In this document: positions 1-14,281 of the stretch, piece by piece
Layout: each line of letters starts with the position of its first letter
How positions within the stretch are numbered: position 1 is the stretch's first letter
NCBI GenBank assembly: GCA_964016885.1
Contig: OZ024740.1
Coordinates: 257,672,001-257,736,000 of the forward strand
Direction of reading: 5' to 3'
Source of the DNA: Eledone cirrhosa
Lineage: Eukaryota
Length of the DNA: 64,000 nucleotides
The notes under the pieces: model-generated
The model's database searches: none
What the model saw: the letters and a program-made list of their open reading frames with translations, nothing else
What the model was told of the DNA's origin: nothing
Program-made: the position numbers and the translations under genes

Positions 1-444
1 CTATCATCCTCCTCTACGGCTATCTCTTCACTCTGCTTTGACCCTCTGACCACTTCCTGTTGCGCGCGCACCCCACATCTCTCCACTTCCGCACTACCAC
101 AACAGGATTTCACACCACCGGTCATCGTTCCAGCTATCCATTCTACGACACGCGAAATCTCCAACATCTTGTCTCACACTCCATGGAAATATCTTAGGAA
201 CATACACACGAACAAACACATTATTTTCGAAACGCGCCACCTACATCCACACCACATATAAACAGAAACACACACGTGCGTATCCCCGCAGACACACCCC
301 TCTCCATCCACACGCAAGCACACACCGACTTACACCCCACCCCACGTTTTTCCTCAATTGTTTTTTCTCTCCTTTCTCTCCCCCCTTTTTAAAAATGTCT
401 TTCCACCATTCCCCCACACACCCTCGGAACTCTCTTCCTACCCA

Positions 445-571
445 CTGTTCTCCTGATGAAGGGCTTATGCCCGAAATGTGCCCCCCCCCCACCTCCCACG
501 CTCAAGCGTGAAACTAAAAACCATACCATTTGTACTGCCTCTGTTTTTTATTCTCTGCTCATCTTTTCAAC

Positions 572-572
<1 letters not shown>
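445..572 (+). ncRNA. Degenerate HHR motif in a PLE-type 3' tail
   Basis: CTGATGA-A-GGGC-TTAT-GCCC-GAAA at 453-476. The downstream AAGCGTGAAACTA...CATTTGTACTGCCTC is shared with 15750-15845 and 16320-16440. Stems I and III are poor. Confidence 0.5.
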
Positions 573-610
<38 letters not shown>

Positions 611-856
611 ATATATATATATATATATATGGATGTGTCTGTATGTATCTGTGTATAGAACCCTCGAACAATGTACATAAAAGAAATCACATTCAACCAC
701 CAGTGTACATCTATGTTTTTATAACAGGTTGAATGAGTTACGGTGCATAACCCAACTAAACTTAAGTACCTGTATATATCACTGTTGTAACTAAGTATGC
801 TTAACTCCTCCTATGGACTGAGTGTTCCTACTCTTGGATATTTTTGGCAAAATTTT

Positions 857-900
<44 letters not shown>

Positions 901-908
<8 letters not shown>

Positions 909-1729
909 TCAGCGAGAATCGTATTTCGGCGGGTAGAAATAAGCGAAACGCAACGCAATTTCCGAGTCATGCTTGCAAGCGCTCCATGGACCAAAAGAGA
1001 CCAGGGCAATAAACATAGGTTATAAAGGCCATACAAACTGAAAAGGCGGTTAAGAAGCTGTCAACCACCTAAGCCAAAAAACGAGTCAAGCTAAACAGGT
1101 CGAACAAAATAAATGAAATATTCACCCGGTCCCCTGGAAATGATGGTATAATCCAGTACAGGGTTTCTGCGACACATAAATCAATAATACTGTCTGCTTA
1201 AAAAATAAGCTTTTGGTACAATGATCGAACAAGTATACCATGTTATCAACAGGTATTATTTTCTGCACCAGCGTTGTGGATCACATAGTGTTTTGTAGCA
1301 GTGAAAGCACATGTGTAACTCACAGGGGAGAAAACCCCAGATTTTGGCAAATGAATTCAGTATGTGTAAATCAATGCAAAAATTGCAAAGGCAGCACAAA
1401 TCGAATTAATCTCTCGACCGGGTAATTTTTAAAATAAACTTACGCAATTAATCAGTCAATAGAATTATCTAAAAAAAATTACCTGGTAAGACTCGGGAGA
1501 CTAATACAAATATAAATTCAGCGAGAATCTTATTTTGGCGGGTAGAAATAAGCGAAACGCAACGCAATTTCCGAGTCATGCTGGCAAGCGCTCCATGGAC
1601 CAAAAGAGACCAGAGCTATAAACATAGGTTATAAAGGCCATACAAACTGAAAAGGCGGTTAAGAAGCTATCACGCACCTAAGCCAGAAAACGAGTCAAGC
1701 TAAACGGGCCAAACAAAATAAATGAAATA
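901..1729. repeat. 609-bp unit with ~220-bp direct terminal repeats, unclassified interspersed repeat
   Basis: 901-1120 is repeated at 1510-1729, flanked by (TA)n on both sides. A diverged reverse-complement copy lies at ~63490-64000. Confidence 0.8.
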
Positions 1730-1775
<46 letters not shown>

Positions 1776-2248
1776 GTATGTACGTATTAAATATTATACT
1801 CTTGGATGGCCAGATATGAACATTCCAGATATTTAGGTATGACTTTCTATATTTATTCTTTATATGAAATATTGATTGCATTTTCCTGTATCTCATGTCG
1901 GATATTTTTGCCTGAGAAAATACCTATATATATGTGTAGATAGTACGTACATATATTTATTATTTTTTTAATATCTCTATGTGTGTATAGATGGTACATA
2001 CATATATTTATTTTTTTAATATCCAATTGAGTTCTTAAACACGTGGTTAAAATACCTAACAGGCTTCAATGACCAGCGTGTATATTGTTTTATATTTTAC
2101 GATGACCTCCCCTTTCCCTTTTGGGGACAGTGTGAATTTTATTTTTGAAGGAGTACTGGCTTTTCAAATTTAGCTGTCCTTCTATCACTGGCGGAGATCA
2201 TCACTTATTAATATCGATGTAATTTTTTATATCGATATTGCATGGGCA

Positions 2249-2369
2249 TCCACTGATGTGTTATAAGGGCCCGTTTGTGTGTATATCTATGGATTATATA
2301 CGTTTCTACATAACTTAGACATTATTTATCCCAACTTGTAGAAATCTTATAACGAAACGATCGTATGGA
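2249..2369 (+). ncRNA. Type I HHR with large stem II insertion
   Basis: Stem I TCCA/TGGA; core CTGATGT (A9 changed); stem II GTTATAAG/CTTATAAC enclosing ~80 nt; GAAAC-GATC-GTA. Confidence 0.7.
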
Positions 2370-2715
2370 AGGAAAGAGAGATTTATTTAATAATGTCTCA
2401 TATAAAATAATACAACCAGCTATCCACGGAATACTGTATAGTTAGCACCCCAAACACTTAATTGGGATTATACTTAGGTATATCCTAATGTTTGTTGAGT
2501 GAGAAGGAGTTGGTCAGAGTATCGCTTAAAGCTTTCTCTGTTAATGTATTAAATATATATATATATATATATATGCGCGCGTGTGTGTGTACGTATCCCG
2601 GGTTCAATCGGGGTATCCACAGTAAGGTACTGAATACATAGTAAAGTGTATAAAATATTTAATTTATAAAAATGGCTTCTACAAGACTATAACTGTTTCC
2701 TTCATATATATATAC

Positions 2716-2762
<47 letters not shown>

Positions 2763-3354
2763 CGCACGTGTGTGTGTGTATGTGTTTGTGTGTGTGTGCA
2801 TGTGTATGTGTGTGTGTGTGTATGTGTATGTGTGTGTGTGTATGAAGTTATATCTGTATATATATACAGAATAAAGGTAACCGAAACCCCATAAATGTGT
2901 ATATAAACGTGCATAAAGTTTACATAATTTAAATATATTGACATGTATACATGTTACATATACATATTTCCCTGAAATTAAACATAGTTCGCTCTCAACA
3001 GTTCTAGACTACAGATGGTACTTGCGTGCGCGTGTATATATGTTTTTTGTGCGTCTTTGTGTTTGTGTGTGTGTATGTGTGTGCGTGTAATTATCAATAG
3101 ATATAAAATTGGTTTAGTTTACAAACGACAGATCGTATAAATTATGTATTTTCGTGATTTTTAACGACGGACACAATTTTTAAGTTATTTAGATTTCCGA
3201 GTAGAAGTTTGATAGAATACATACATAAATGTATTCATATGCATGGTGCACCATAATTAACTCAGTCCATCTATGTATGAGTCATTAACTTCTGATGGTG
3301 TCATAGAGGCATCTGGAGTAGCCCAACTCTCTTCTTGAGAAAGAGAGAGAAGAA

Positions 3355-3582
3355 TCGACCTCAATAGTAGATTGGTACTTTATTAATCAATCTCGAATAG
3401 TTGAATTTCAAAGTTGACTTTGACGTGTTTTGATCAGACAGAGTAGATAATCGGAACGAGTACTGCAAATCTTCTATCCAATGTTAATTTTAATATATTT
3501 GTTTCTACTTTAGGCACAAGGCCAGCAATTACCCAGTTCATTACTGGTACTTTATTTCATCGACCCCGTAAGGATGAAAGGC
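3355..3582 (-). mobile_element. tRNA-derived SINE fragments (main family)
   Basis: TGTTTCTACTTTAGGCACAAGGCC...GGTACTTTATTTCATCGACCCCGTAAGGATGAAAGGC matches the family, with an older degenerate copy just to the left. Confidence 0.7.
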
Positions 3583-4120
3583 AGTAGAGGATGGTGTTGT
3601 CAGAGGCAAGGTAGAGTTCCTCGGTGAGGTAGAGGATGGTGTTGACAATGCTACATATTTCCCTGTAAATATACAGGAAAATTCAACCTGGTTTTCTCTC
3701 ATTAGTTCCTGCCCAAAGCTGGTACATTCGTGTGTATGTATGTATGGTTGTGTGCGCGCTAATTCACCATCTAAATTAGCTTACACAAATGTCAAAAAAT
3801 CAATGTGAATATAATAAAACGTAATGATTATACATATTATTTCTAATGCAATACACAATTATATTAGCTTTGCAAGTTTCTTAATGTGAAATCATGTGTT
3901 GAAACAGATAATGATGTTTTGGTGATGGTTATTTTAATAGTTTTGCCAATAATAACACGCACTATTTAACTTTCACATCAGCTTTATTATAATTAGTGGT
4001 TGGTTATTTTGTCAAAGCTCTTGCGTTGTTGGTTATATTCTCAAAAACCTTTCGTCGCAGATTAACCAAAATATTGGTACATATGGAGTTGGTTGCACGC
4101 AGGTGCGAGCCCTGGAAAGT

Positions 4121-4254
4121 TCAGTGGCTGTTCTCGCTCGTCTCCCTCACCGTCCTCATAATGTCTTCCCTATCTTGTCGACCAGGACCACGATGTGGAC
4201 GACATGTAAGAGTAGGATTAGGTTGGCAATCTTCAGAGGAAAGAGGTAATAATG
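4121..4254 (-). CDS. Candidate terminal coding exon of an unidentified host gene
   Basis: Acceptor tgtgtttctcag at 4255. Phase-1 frame (A)LLPLSSEDCQPNPTLTCRPHRGPGRQDREDIMRTVRETSENSH*. AATAAA on the minus strand at ~3983-3988. Non-repetitive sequence. Confidence 0.45.
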
Positions 4255-4519
4255 CTGAGAAACACACAAGAACACTCACACACGCAGTTACTTTGCACTT
4301 AAAAAGGTTGTTTCATTAAATATATACAACATATGCAATGTTGAATATAGTATTAATATCGAAAGGGAGATGTTCATATATTTATGAAAATTACCAACGG
4401 AAATTCTGTTCAGTCCGACACAAAGTTTCTTTCATCTTGCAGCTTTTCCTTGTTTCCATTTTGGACCCATTGATATTGATGGTACTTTGTATTTGTGTAT
4501 GGTTTTTGCGTCTATATAC

Positions 4520-4736
4520 ATGTGTGTGTGTGTGTGTGTGTGTGTGCGGCGTTTGTGGTTTGTGTGTGTGTTTGTCTGAGTGTGTGACTGTGTGTCTTTA
4601 TCTGTGTCTTTGTCTAAGTGTGTTTGTGCGCTTTATGTGGTTTGAGGGTGTTTGACTATGTATTTTTGTCTCATTGTTAGTGCGTGTTTTTGTGTGGGGT
4701 TTTTTTCTGCATGTTTCTGTCTGTGTGTGTGTGTGT

Positions 4737-4802
<66 letters not shown>

Positions 4803-5470
4803 CTTTGTGTGTATTGGTGTATCTGTCACTTTGTATGTGAGTGTGTATCTTTGTTTGTAGCTATGTGTGTTTATATATGTGTATGTGTGTGTATGGTTTG
4901 CTTTTCTATGTGTTCTTTTCTTGGTTTTTAATATTGTGAATTTTGTACCTAAATCTGGCTAGTGGGATTACCATTTTATTCTTTATTGCAGCCTTCATTT
5001 TTACGACTTGGCGGCGGTGGTGGTGGTGGTGGTGGTGGTGGTTTTGGCGGTCGTCGTCGTCGTCGTCGTCGTCGTAGTCGTAGTAGTAGTCGTCGTAGTA
5101 GTAGTAGTAGTCGTCGTAGTAGTAGTAGTAGTAGTAGTAGTAGCAACAGCAATAGTAGTAGGAGTTAGTGTCAGTCGGAGCAATAGTAGTAATAGCAGCA
5201 GCAGTAGCAGCAACAGTAGCAGCAGCAGTTTTTCTGTCAGTTTTCGTTAATGTTGTTGTTGTTAATGTTGCAGTCTGTGTTTTACTCGTTTTTGTTGTTA
5301 GTATTGTTGTCGGTAATTTTCTCGTTTATGTTGTTTAGGGTTTTTTTGTCGGTGGTACAGTTATTGTTGTTATTTGTTATCGTTACTGTTGATGTTGTTT
5401 GTGTCATTGTTAGTGTTGTAGTTGCTGGAGGTTTTTGCCGTTGTTTAGTTGTTGTTGTTGCTGGTAGTGT
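4520..5470. repeat. Compound microsatellites (GT)n, (GGT)n, (GTC)n, (GTA)n, (GTT)n
   Basis: Direct inspection. Confidence 0.9.
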
Positions 5471-5698
5471 TGCGGTGTCTTTCGTTTTTTATCCAATATT
5501 GGCTTTATTTTTATTTTATTTATTTATTATTTTTGAAAGGGTTTCCTTAAGAGTGGAAGGTATTTTTCCTTAAGAGGGGGAGATGAGTTTGGGTTCTCGG
5601 TTGGTGGCAGTGGCGGTGAAGGCATGAGAGTTTAACTCCCTTGCTGTCATCCCAGACTGACGCAGTCAGACTCAAATAATTTGACATAATTTCTAGGT

Positions 5699-5754
5699 TC
5701 AAGACAGACTCTTCTTTTCAGGACACAATTGGATTAAACATGGAGTAGACGCAG
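5699..5754 (-). CDS. Candidate alternative terminal exon
   Basis: Acceptor cattctatttctag. Phase-1 frame (A)ASTPCLIQLCPEKKSLS*. Confidence 0.3.
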
Positions 5755-6248
5755 CTAGAAATAGAATGTGGTGGAAAGGAAGGAATAGTAAGGAAATGAA
5801 GAAAAGATAGAGGATAAGCTACAATAGAAAAAGAAAAAAAAGTAAACCAACTAAGTCTGCAATAATAATTTCAAGAGGAAGAACAAAAATAACTCGAACA
5901 TAATAACAATATACACAAACGTAACGATTCACAATAATAAAAGCCATAGCTATTACAACAACAACAACTACTACTACTACTACTAATACTACTACTACTA
6001 CTACTAAAACAATTTTACAAGACATCAACTGTAGCATCAGCACGATAAATATGAACAACGGCAAACCACAAAGACTGGCAAGAAATATATGTATATATTG
6101 GGGAAGAGGGAAAAATACAATGGCAAAAATAAACCACGTCTACAAGTCCAGACCGAACAACAAAAATGACCCAACAATAACAAAAAGAACAATGACAATA
6201 TACACAAACGTAACAATACGAATGATCACAACAACAACAACAACAACA

Positions 6249-6301
<53 letters not shown>

Positions 6302-7011
6302 GGCAATACAAGAGATCAACTGCTGCAACAGCACAACTAACATGAACAACGGTTCAATGAAAAATAGCCAAAAGCCCCGAATCAAAAACAGAAAAAAATA
6401 GGATTCTTCTGGCTTTTTCATTCTTGACAAGATAAAACCTTTCTTCCGGGGAACTTCCAGCCGAGGAGGGGGGGGGGGGGAATAAGGTTAATGTAACACA
6501 AAGAAATCTGATATTTCTAAGGGAGCTGTATTAAAACTATAAAACACATACATACTAGCACAAAAAAAAACATTAAAGGGACAAGTCATGGTAGCGGTAG
6601 TGATGTGTTGTTGTTGGTGGCTTCTAGAGACGGTAGGGTGGTAATACTGGGGGTGTTGGTGTCACTGGTTGTATTAGTTGCCGTTATTGTTGGCGGAGTT
6701 TGTTTGGTAGTGGTGAAGGCAATACGGTTTTCCATTCCATCTCATCTCGAGGTAATCTCCCTTTGTAATTTGACTCGAAAAATCTTAGTGGGATTACTCG
6801 CAATATAAAAGGCAATTTAGAGGTGTCAATAATTACATGCATACTACATACATGCTTACATAGATGCATGCATATATACATACATACAGACATGATGACA
6901 TATATACGTACATAAATAAATATATATGTATACATATATAAATATGCCGGATGGCTGGGGCAGGTAAAAGAGTAAAAGAGTAAACCATTAGTTATTTATG
7001 TAACCAGAACG

Positions 7012-7089
<78 letters not shown>

Positions 7090-7134
7090 CAGAGTTTTGT
7101 AACTTGTCTGAGGCGTTGTTGAATAAGAAACATC

Positions 7135-7290
7135 AATATAAATAATTTTGAAAACCATATAATGCATTAGAAAGAAAATTAAATTGCCAAGAGAACAAGA
7201 GAATCTTACCTTAGCAAAAGATTAATTTGTTATCATGGCGATTTAATTTTCTTTGCAATGCATTGTTTGGTTTTCAAAATTATTTATATT
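7135..7290. repeat. Imperfect ~65-bp inverted repeat (foldback)
   Basis: AATATAAATAATTTTGAAAACC...GCCAAGAGAACAA pairs with TTGTTATCATGGC...GGTTTTCAAAATTATTTATATT. Confidence 0.75.
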
Positions 7291-7603
7291 TGTATATATA
7301 TTTATATGAATGTATATACAGTGTATTTTGCAATACACTGTATGCTTAATTCAAAGCATTTTGAAGAACCATACGCTATTGTTTTAAAGTAGCGACATTG
7401 TCGCTTACTTAAATTTTCAACAGACATGGGAGATAAGTAGACAGCTGTTTTTCGTACATTTTGGTACTTATCAAAACTCACTATACTCCCTCTCTGCCGA
7501 AAATTATGTGTGTTGGATTCTTATAGAATTCCACTAACAATCAGGAACTGATTTTACAGACCGGTCGTCGGCCCAGCAGGAATTGAAAATTAGAATTGGT
7601 GCA

Positions 7604-8012
<409 letters not shown>

Positions 8013-8015
<3 letters not shown>

Positions 8016-10352
8016 TTAGTTTTGTTGGTTCACCATTGGATAGAACTGGTTATTCCGTATGGTCAATCCTGGTGTAATATTGTGAAGAGTACTCAACGTA
8101 GTGCAGTTCACCCGTCTTCTTTTGTGTAGTTGGTGGTACGAATACCGAGTTAATTATAAATGAAATAACAGGAGGCTAAACTGGTGTAAATCCTTGAAAG
8201 GTTTATTATACTATGATCATTTCAATGACCGGGTTCCATATGAATCCGATGATATCATCAGGTATTCGAAATATAACAAAGGAATATGTAAAAAGCCATG
8301 GTCCGAATAACCATGGGTCCGAGAAACCAGAGACAGAGAGGACGGCTGACCAACTAGCTTCTCAGCCAGCCACCCTCAAAGTGTTGGCAACTGAAAACTA
8401 CCATTGAATATCTGTACTACCACCACGCCGCCAAAGAAGAAGGGGGAGAAAGAAAGAAAGGGAGAAAGAAGTGTAGTGTAAGGGACAAACTACATTCATG
8501 TTAGAAAATGCCGCGAAAAAAAGAAAATACTACCCAAAGAATCTATAATGGGTGTCTGTATGGTCTAATGAACCGAAGATTGGAACGTTAAACTTATGCT
8601 GCGAGTTATAGGATGAAATTAAATTAAATTAAAAATATTAAATTGCAAAATGGTAAATTGAACAAAGAGGTAGCGAGATTTATTTATTTAATGAACTTAC
8701 GAGGAGAGTCTTATATGAAAAAAATGTTTAACTCGAAAAGATATTAGAATGGGATATAGAGTAAAGATTTCGATTGGGAGTCCCAGCCAGCACACCCACC
8801 ACCATGAGTCAGCCAGTCTCGAGTGGTATCGTCCAGCGAAAGAAATGGAAATTAATTTTTCCGAGTACTCTAGGAACGTAGCTAACTTTGGCTCCGGGAT
8901 CGCTAGCGGTAACTCCACAATTTCGATAGGCCATCGTCTATACAACGAATACTATTAAATCACACATTAAGGGTTTATTTACGTGTCAGTAGAGGCATGA
9001 TACAGCTAATAGTTATGCCCAAACCTGGAGTTTGTAGGTACAAGTATAATGTGGCGGCCAAAACAGGCGGCACGGTGGGACGTGGGCAAAGCTTCCGCTC
9101 CGAGTAATTTCATTTACCGAAAGAGGAGAAATTTATTTTTCCGAGCACTCAAGGAAGGCTGAACTTTCCGAGTGCTAAGCGCGCAGCCGGGAAAAAGCCA
9201 CCACACAAGTCGAAGGTAACAACCCAATGTAAAGTGCAAATAGACCAAAATTATTTTAGAGTCCCAGTTAGTCCGGGTTACAGGTAGTGTGGTTATTAGG
9301 TGGGTAGGGGGCTATGAACGGTGCATAATGACCTGAGTAAGGAAAAGTTACAAAAAAAAACCGAAAAAATAATAAAAGCAGCGTACAAATATAAAATACC
9401 AATATAAAGATAGAATACATTGATAAAAATACATTAATAAAATAATAAAAAGATAAAATATACATATTAATGAGATAGTAAAAAAATTAATAAAGGTAAA
9501 TAAGAATCAATATAGATCAAGTTAAAATTAATAAAGGTAAATAAGAATCAATATAGATCAAGTTAAAATTAATAAAGGTAAATAAGAATCAATATAGATC
9601 AAGTTGTAGTAAGATAACACAAGTTGTACATATAGATATAGATATAGAGGATGGAGGATATGGAATGGTGACAGGTTGTACCTAGTGTAAAGTTCGGGTT
9701 CCGAATTCAGTGCGAGTCACAAAAAGTCCTGAGGTATAGATTAGAGAATTCAGTCAATACAATACATGTTTTAGTATAATACGTAGAGTTTTGTCGGAAT
9801 CGGAATCATCCCGACAAGGAAGTTGTATCAGGTGGCGGTAGATAAGCCAAAATCCGAATGGTAAGTAGATCAGTTAATCCATGCTGGTAATGGCTGTACA
9901 CTGAAGTCATTGCCGCTGTTCAATATTACATTTTGAAGTGCTCAACATTATAGGAGCATTATTTCTTTAGGTTCGTTGGTTCACCACTGGATAGAACTGG
10001 TCATTCCGTATGGTCAATCCTGGTGTAATATTGTGAAGAGTATTCAACGCAGTGCAGTTCACCCATCTTCGTTTATGTAGTTGGTGGTGCGAATACGGAG
10101 TTAATTATAAATAAAGTAACAGGAGGCTGGACTGGTGTAAATCCTTGAAAGGTTTATTATACTATGATCATTTCAATGACCCGCTAGCGATCCCGGGGCC
10201 AAAGTTAGCAACGTTCCTAGAGTACTCGGAAAAATTAATTTCCATTTCTTTCGCTGGATGATACCACTCGAGACTGGCTGACTCATGGTGGTGGGTGTGC
10301 TGGCTGGGAGTCCCAATCGAAATCTGTACTCTATATCCCATTCTAATATATT
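8013..10352. mobile_element. Rearranged PLE 3' region with direct and inverted segment duplications
   Basis: 8013-8230 is repeated directly at 9963-10180. 8742-8908 is the reverse complement of 10181-10350. The region abuts the Neptune-type RT. Confidence 0.6.
9483..9605. repeat. ~41-bp minisatellite x3
   Basis: AAAATTAATAAAGGTAAATAAGAATCAATATAGATCAAGTT repeated. Confidence 0.9.
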
Positions 10353-10354
10353 AG

Positions 10355-12480
10355 GGAGAAGTGTTTGGACGGGGTCCGTATTTGTTTTATATATTAATTT
10401 TATATATTAATTTTAACGTGTCTAGGGTGGCAAGAGTTGAAAGGAAGATATTGCTTGGAGTCTGTGGGCTTGTAGTATATGTCTGTTTCTATTTTTTTGT
10501 TATGGATCTTAATGAGGATGTCGAGGAAGGGGAGTTGTTGATGGCTGTATTCCATCGTGAAGTTAATATTCGTGTTGAGGCCATTTATAAGGGTGTGAAA
10601 TTCTTTAAGTTTCTCGATGTTTTCGTGCCAAAGGATGAAGCAGTCATCTAGATATCGCTTCCAGTTCCTTTCTATGTGTAAGTGGAGAGTGTTTCCAAAT
10701 TTGTTTAGTACTTTAGTGTAGAGGGTGATTTCCAGGTATCACATGACTAGGTTGGCGTAAGTGGGGGCTGTTTTCGTTCCCATAGCGGTCCCAGATTTCT
10801 GCCTGTAGGGTTTGTTATTGAAAAGGAATTAATTGTTCTCCAAGATAAATTTGATTCCCCTATCACGAATTCTTTTTTGATGCGTTGTGGGAGTTCATTG
10901 TGGTAATTATCCAGCCAGAATTGGATAGCTTCTATTCCTAGGTTGTGGGGGATGTTGGAGTATAGGTTGACTACATCGAACTTCACTAGTGGGGTTTGTT
11001 CAGAAAGGGGCATATTAGGGAGGTGATTGAGCATATCTAGGTCGTCCCTTATATAGCTTTTGATGTGTTTGAGAAAAGGCTTGAGAAGGGTATCAATGAA
11101 GTTGCTAAGGCGGAGGGTTTCGCAAGCGGGGCCTGCTATTATAGGTCTTAATTTGAGATCATTGGGTGAGGGGACATTGATGACTATGTCTGTGGCTTCC
11201 TTGCATGCCTTACTTATTAATTCGCTTTTATGTACTTTAGGGATACCGTAGAAAAGGCTGGATTTAATTGTGAAGTCTGTGATGAAGCTGAATTCCTTGT
11301 TAGTGAGTCCTTCTTGTATTGGTTGATCAGAGTTTTTAGGTTTCTCATAATTTTCTGTTGATTTTAGTGTTCAGCCTTTTCGTAGTATGTTTCGTTTTCC
11401 AAAGTGGAGAGCGCTAAGTTGATATAGAATTCTGTCTCCATTAGGACTAATGTACTCCCTTTAGGAGCCTCTTTAATTGTAATGGTTCTGTCGGTTTTTA
11501 ATCTATTTAATTCTTCCCATTCTTTCTTGTTGAGGTTTGGCTTGTGTTTTTGTCTGTGCAAGTGTTGGTAAGGGAAGTTTATGATGTGTTCACAGAATTT
11601 GTCCAGGATTTTATTTCTACCTTTTGATGGGGTGTAATTGCTTCTATTTCTGGCTAATGATTCATCGTCATTGTACTGGTCGAATAGTTCTTCACTTAGT
11701 CGTAACTTTCTACAGAAGTCTGTCTTCCTTCATTTCATAGTAGTTAGGACGTAGTGGGGTCGGTGTGAATTTAAGACCTTTGGAGAGTAAGTTGATAAGG
11801 TTGGGTGTTGGTTCTGCACTAGTAAGATTGATAATTTTTATTACTCTTGGTTTCTCCTCCCTGTCTTGTGTTATTTTGTTTGCCTGTATCAGTGTGCTGT
11901 GTCTAAAAAATGGTTGGGGTAGAGGGTTTGTCTGCTGATGTTAAGTGGTCTCCTGTGTTTGTTATATTCCTTGTTGTTGTAAAATGTGGTTCGGGTTCGT
12001 AGTTGTAGATTGAATGGGGTGTTCCTGTATTGCGAGTATGGATGTGTGTTTCTATATGCCATGTTGGATTGTGGTGTTATAGGTGGCCTACGTTGTTGGT
12101 TGTATCGTGTGGTGTGGGTTTGTTGTGTATTGTGGAAGCGAGAGTTGAGAAAATGGAAATTACCTTGCTGTCCCCTTATATATATATAATGGCTGACTGA
12201 ATACAGTTCTCCCTTCTCTGTTACATGGTTATGCAAGTGATTTAATCAGATGCTTATACAACCATAGGTGTAGTTATGCAATCATAGGGATATGTCGCTG
12301 GTCATGTATTACCATCAAGTTTTGTGATGGCAGCAGACACATGAATCACCTTTCTTTTTAAGTTCTAGTAGTTCTGATTGGTTGAGTTTGTGGGGCCCGG
12401 GTAAAGATTCTATACTTCATTGTTGATAGATTTACAGTTATTTATCAGCTTCTGGTCTATTATTTCGTCCATAGTCTGTA
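10355..12480 (-). pseudogene. Penelope-like element reverse transcriptase (Neptune-type), frameshifted
   Basis: Minus-strand motifs: IPKVHK, PIIAGPACET, LVKFDVVNLYSNIPH, GTAMGTKTAPTYANL, WKRYLDDCFILW, LPFLDILI, TDIYYKPTDSKQYL..SCHP. Confidence 0.9.
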
Positions 12481-12879
12481 GTTCTTGCTATCATCACATT
12501 TCCTTTGACGTTTGTCATACCATGTCTTTGTATTCATGCCGCCGAACACTGGCACTAGTAAACCTAGCGAAGAGGATGGGAGAGCCAAAGATGTGCGTCT
12601 TGCTTTGCTGATGACGGTAACACCGTTGTTATTGTCAACGCCAACAAAAACTGCCATGACTACAATAACAACACCATTTACAATAATGAAGAGGATAATA
12701 CTGACGCTCAAATTAGTACCACTACCTTTACCTACATTGTGTATATATATATATATATTACATTTAATAACTGTGATATTAAATGTACTATTGCAAATGG
12801 TAAAATATAGATGTAACCAGCGATAATAATCATTCCAATAATTAGAAAAACATTGATAATTATATTACTAGTGATAATA

Positions 12880-13098
12880 ATGGTTTCTTATATAGGCACA
12901 AGGTGAGCAATTTTGGGGGAGGGGAAAGTCGATTAAATCGACGCCAGTACGTGACTGGTACTTTATTTTATCGACCCCGTAAGAGTGAAAGGCAAAGTTA
13001 ACCTCGGTGGCATTTGAACTCAGATCATAAAAGGCCGTAACTCTATGCTGCAAATCATGGCGTCCGACTCTACCGATACTGCCAATCCACCGCCCTGC
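12880..13098 (-). mobile_element. tRNA-derived SINE (main family)
   Basis: On the minus strand, A-box-like TGGCAGTATCGG and B-box GAGTTCAAATGCC, plus the conserved core and GGCCTTGTGCC-type tail. Confidence 0.85.
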
Positions 13099-13274
13099 CA
13101 ATAGTGATAATAATGGTTGTCATGCTGGTAATGATGGTATGGTATAGACCGTGGAGTGGGTGGTGGGAGATAGGAATATAATGGGTATTAACAGTCAGGG
13201 ATGGATTAAAACTCTAAGTACAGTAGGAGTACAATGAACCAGCTATGGGATAATGCTGAAAGGTATAGTAATAA

Positions 13275-13453
13275 TTGTTTCTACTTTTGGCACAAGGCCA
13301 ACAATTAACCAGCAGTACATTACTGGTATTTTATTTTGTCGACTCCGTAAGGATGAAAGGCAAAGTTAACCTCGGCTGGATTAGAATTCAAATCGTCAAG
13401 GGCCGTAACTCTATAGTGTCCGACTCTCTACCGATACTGCCAATCCACCGCCT
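13275..13453 (-). mobile_element. tRNA-derived SINE (main family)
   Basis: Same consensus as the other copies. Confidence 0.85.
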
Positions 13454-13779
13454 GGTATAGTTATAATGAAAACGATGAGATGATAATGATAACATTAGTG
13501 ACGACCATACCATTGATTATACCAGTAATAATAGTGGATCTAAATATAGTAGTAATAAAACATAATAAAAATAAAAATGATAATAATTCTAACGATCTTG
13601 ATAATGTAACAATGGTACATTCAGTGTATAAGTATACACAGAGGCGCGCACTTATCACATGCACACTTACACAGACACATTTAACATGCATATACAGTCA
13701 CACACACACTCACATATATACATAGACATATAGATATATACAAACTCATACGTACCTAAATATACAGAGATGTTACAGT

Positions 13780-13960
13780 AAATCTGTCAACAATAATGTG
13801 TAGGAACGTTACACGGAACCAATCAGAAGACTAATACATCTACTACCTGAACTTAATAAGAAAAGAGATTCATCCATCTTAAGAGGTTTGTAATAAATGA
13901 CCAGCGACATATCCCTAAAACTGCATAAATACACATATTCAAATAAATAAAAAAAGAGGC
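13780..13960 (+). mobile_element. PLE 5'-region fragment
   Basis: Similar to the reverse complement of 12250-12440 (ATGACCAGCGACATATCCCTA, AACCAATCAGAA). Confidence 0.55.
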
Positions 13961-14118
13961 TGTTTGCATAATTTCAAACGAATCGAATATTATTAATATT
14001 CGAAAAACTCAGATTACATTTATCGTATTCAGCCATGTAGAGCGATAATTTATATATATACATATATATATCAAATACTCTGCTGTTTGTAAACAGTGCA
14101 CATTTTCAAAACAACGTT

Positions 14119-14267
<149 letters not shown>

Positions 14268-14281
14268 GTATATATATATAA

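Noticed and set aside
12880-13098. tRNA genes suggested by A/B boxes
   Set aside because: The boxes belong to SINE heads; no complete cloverleaf.
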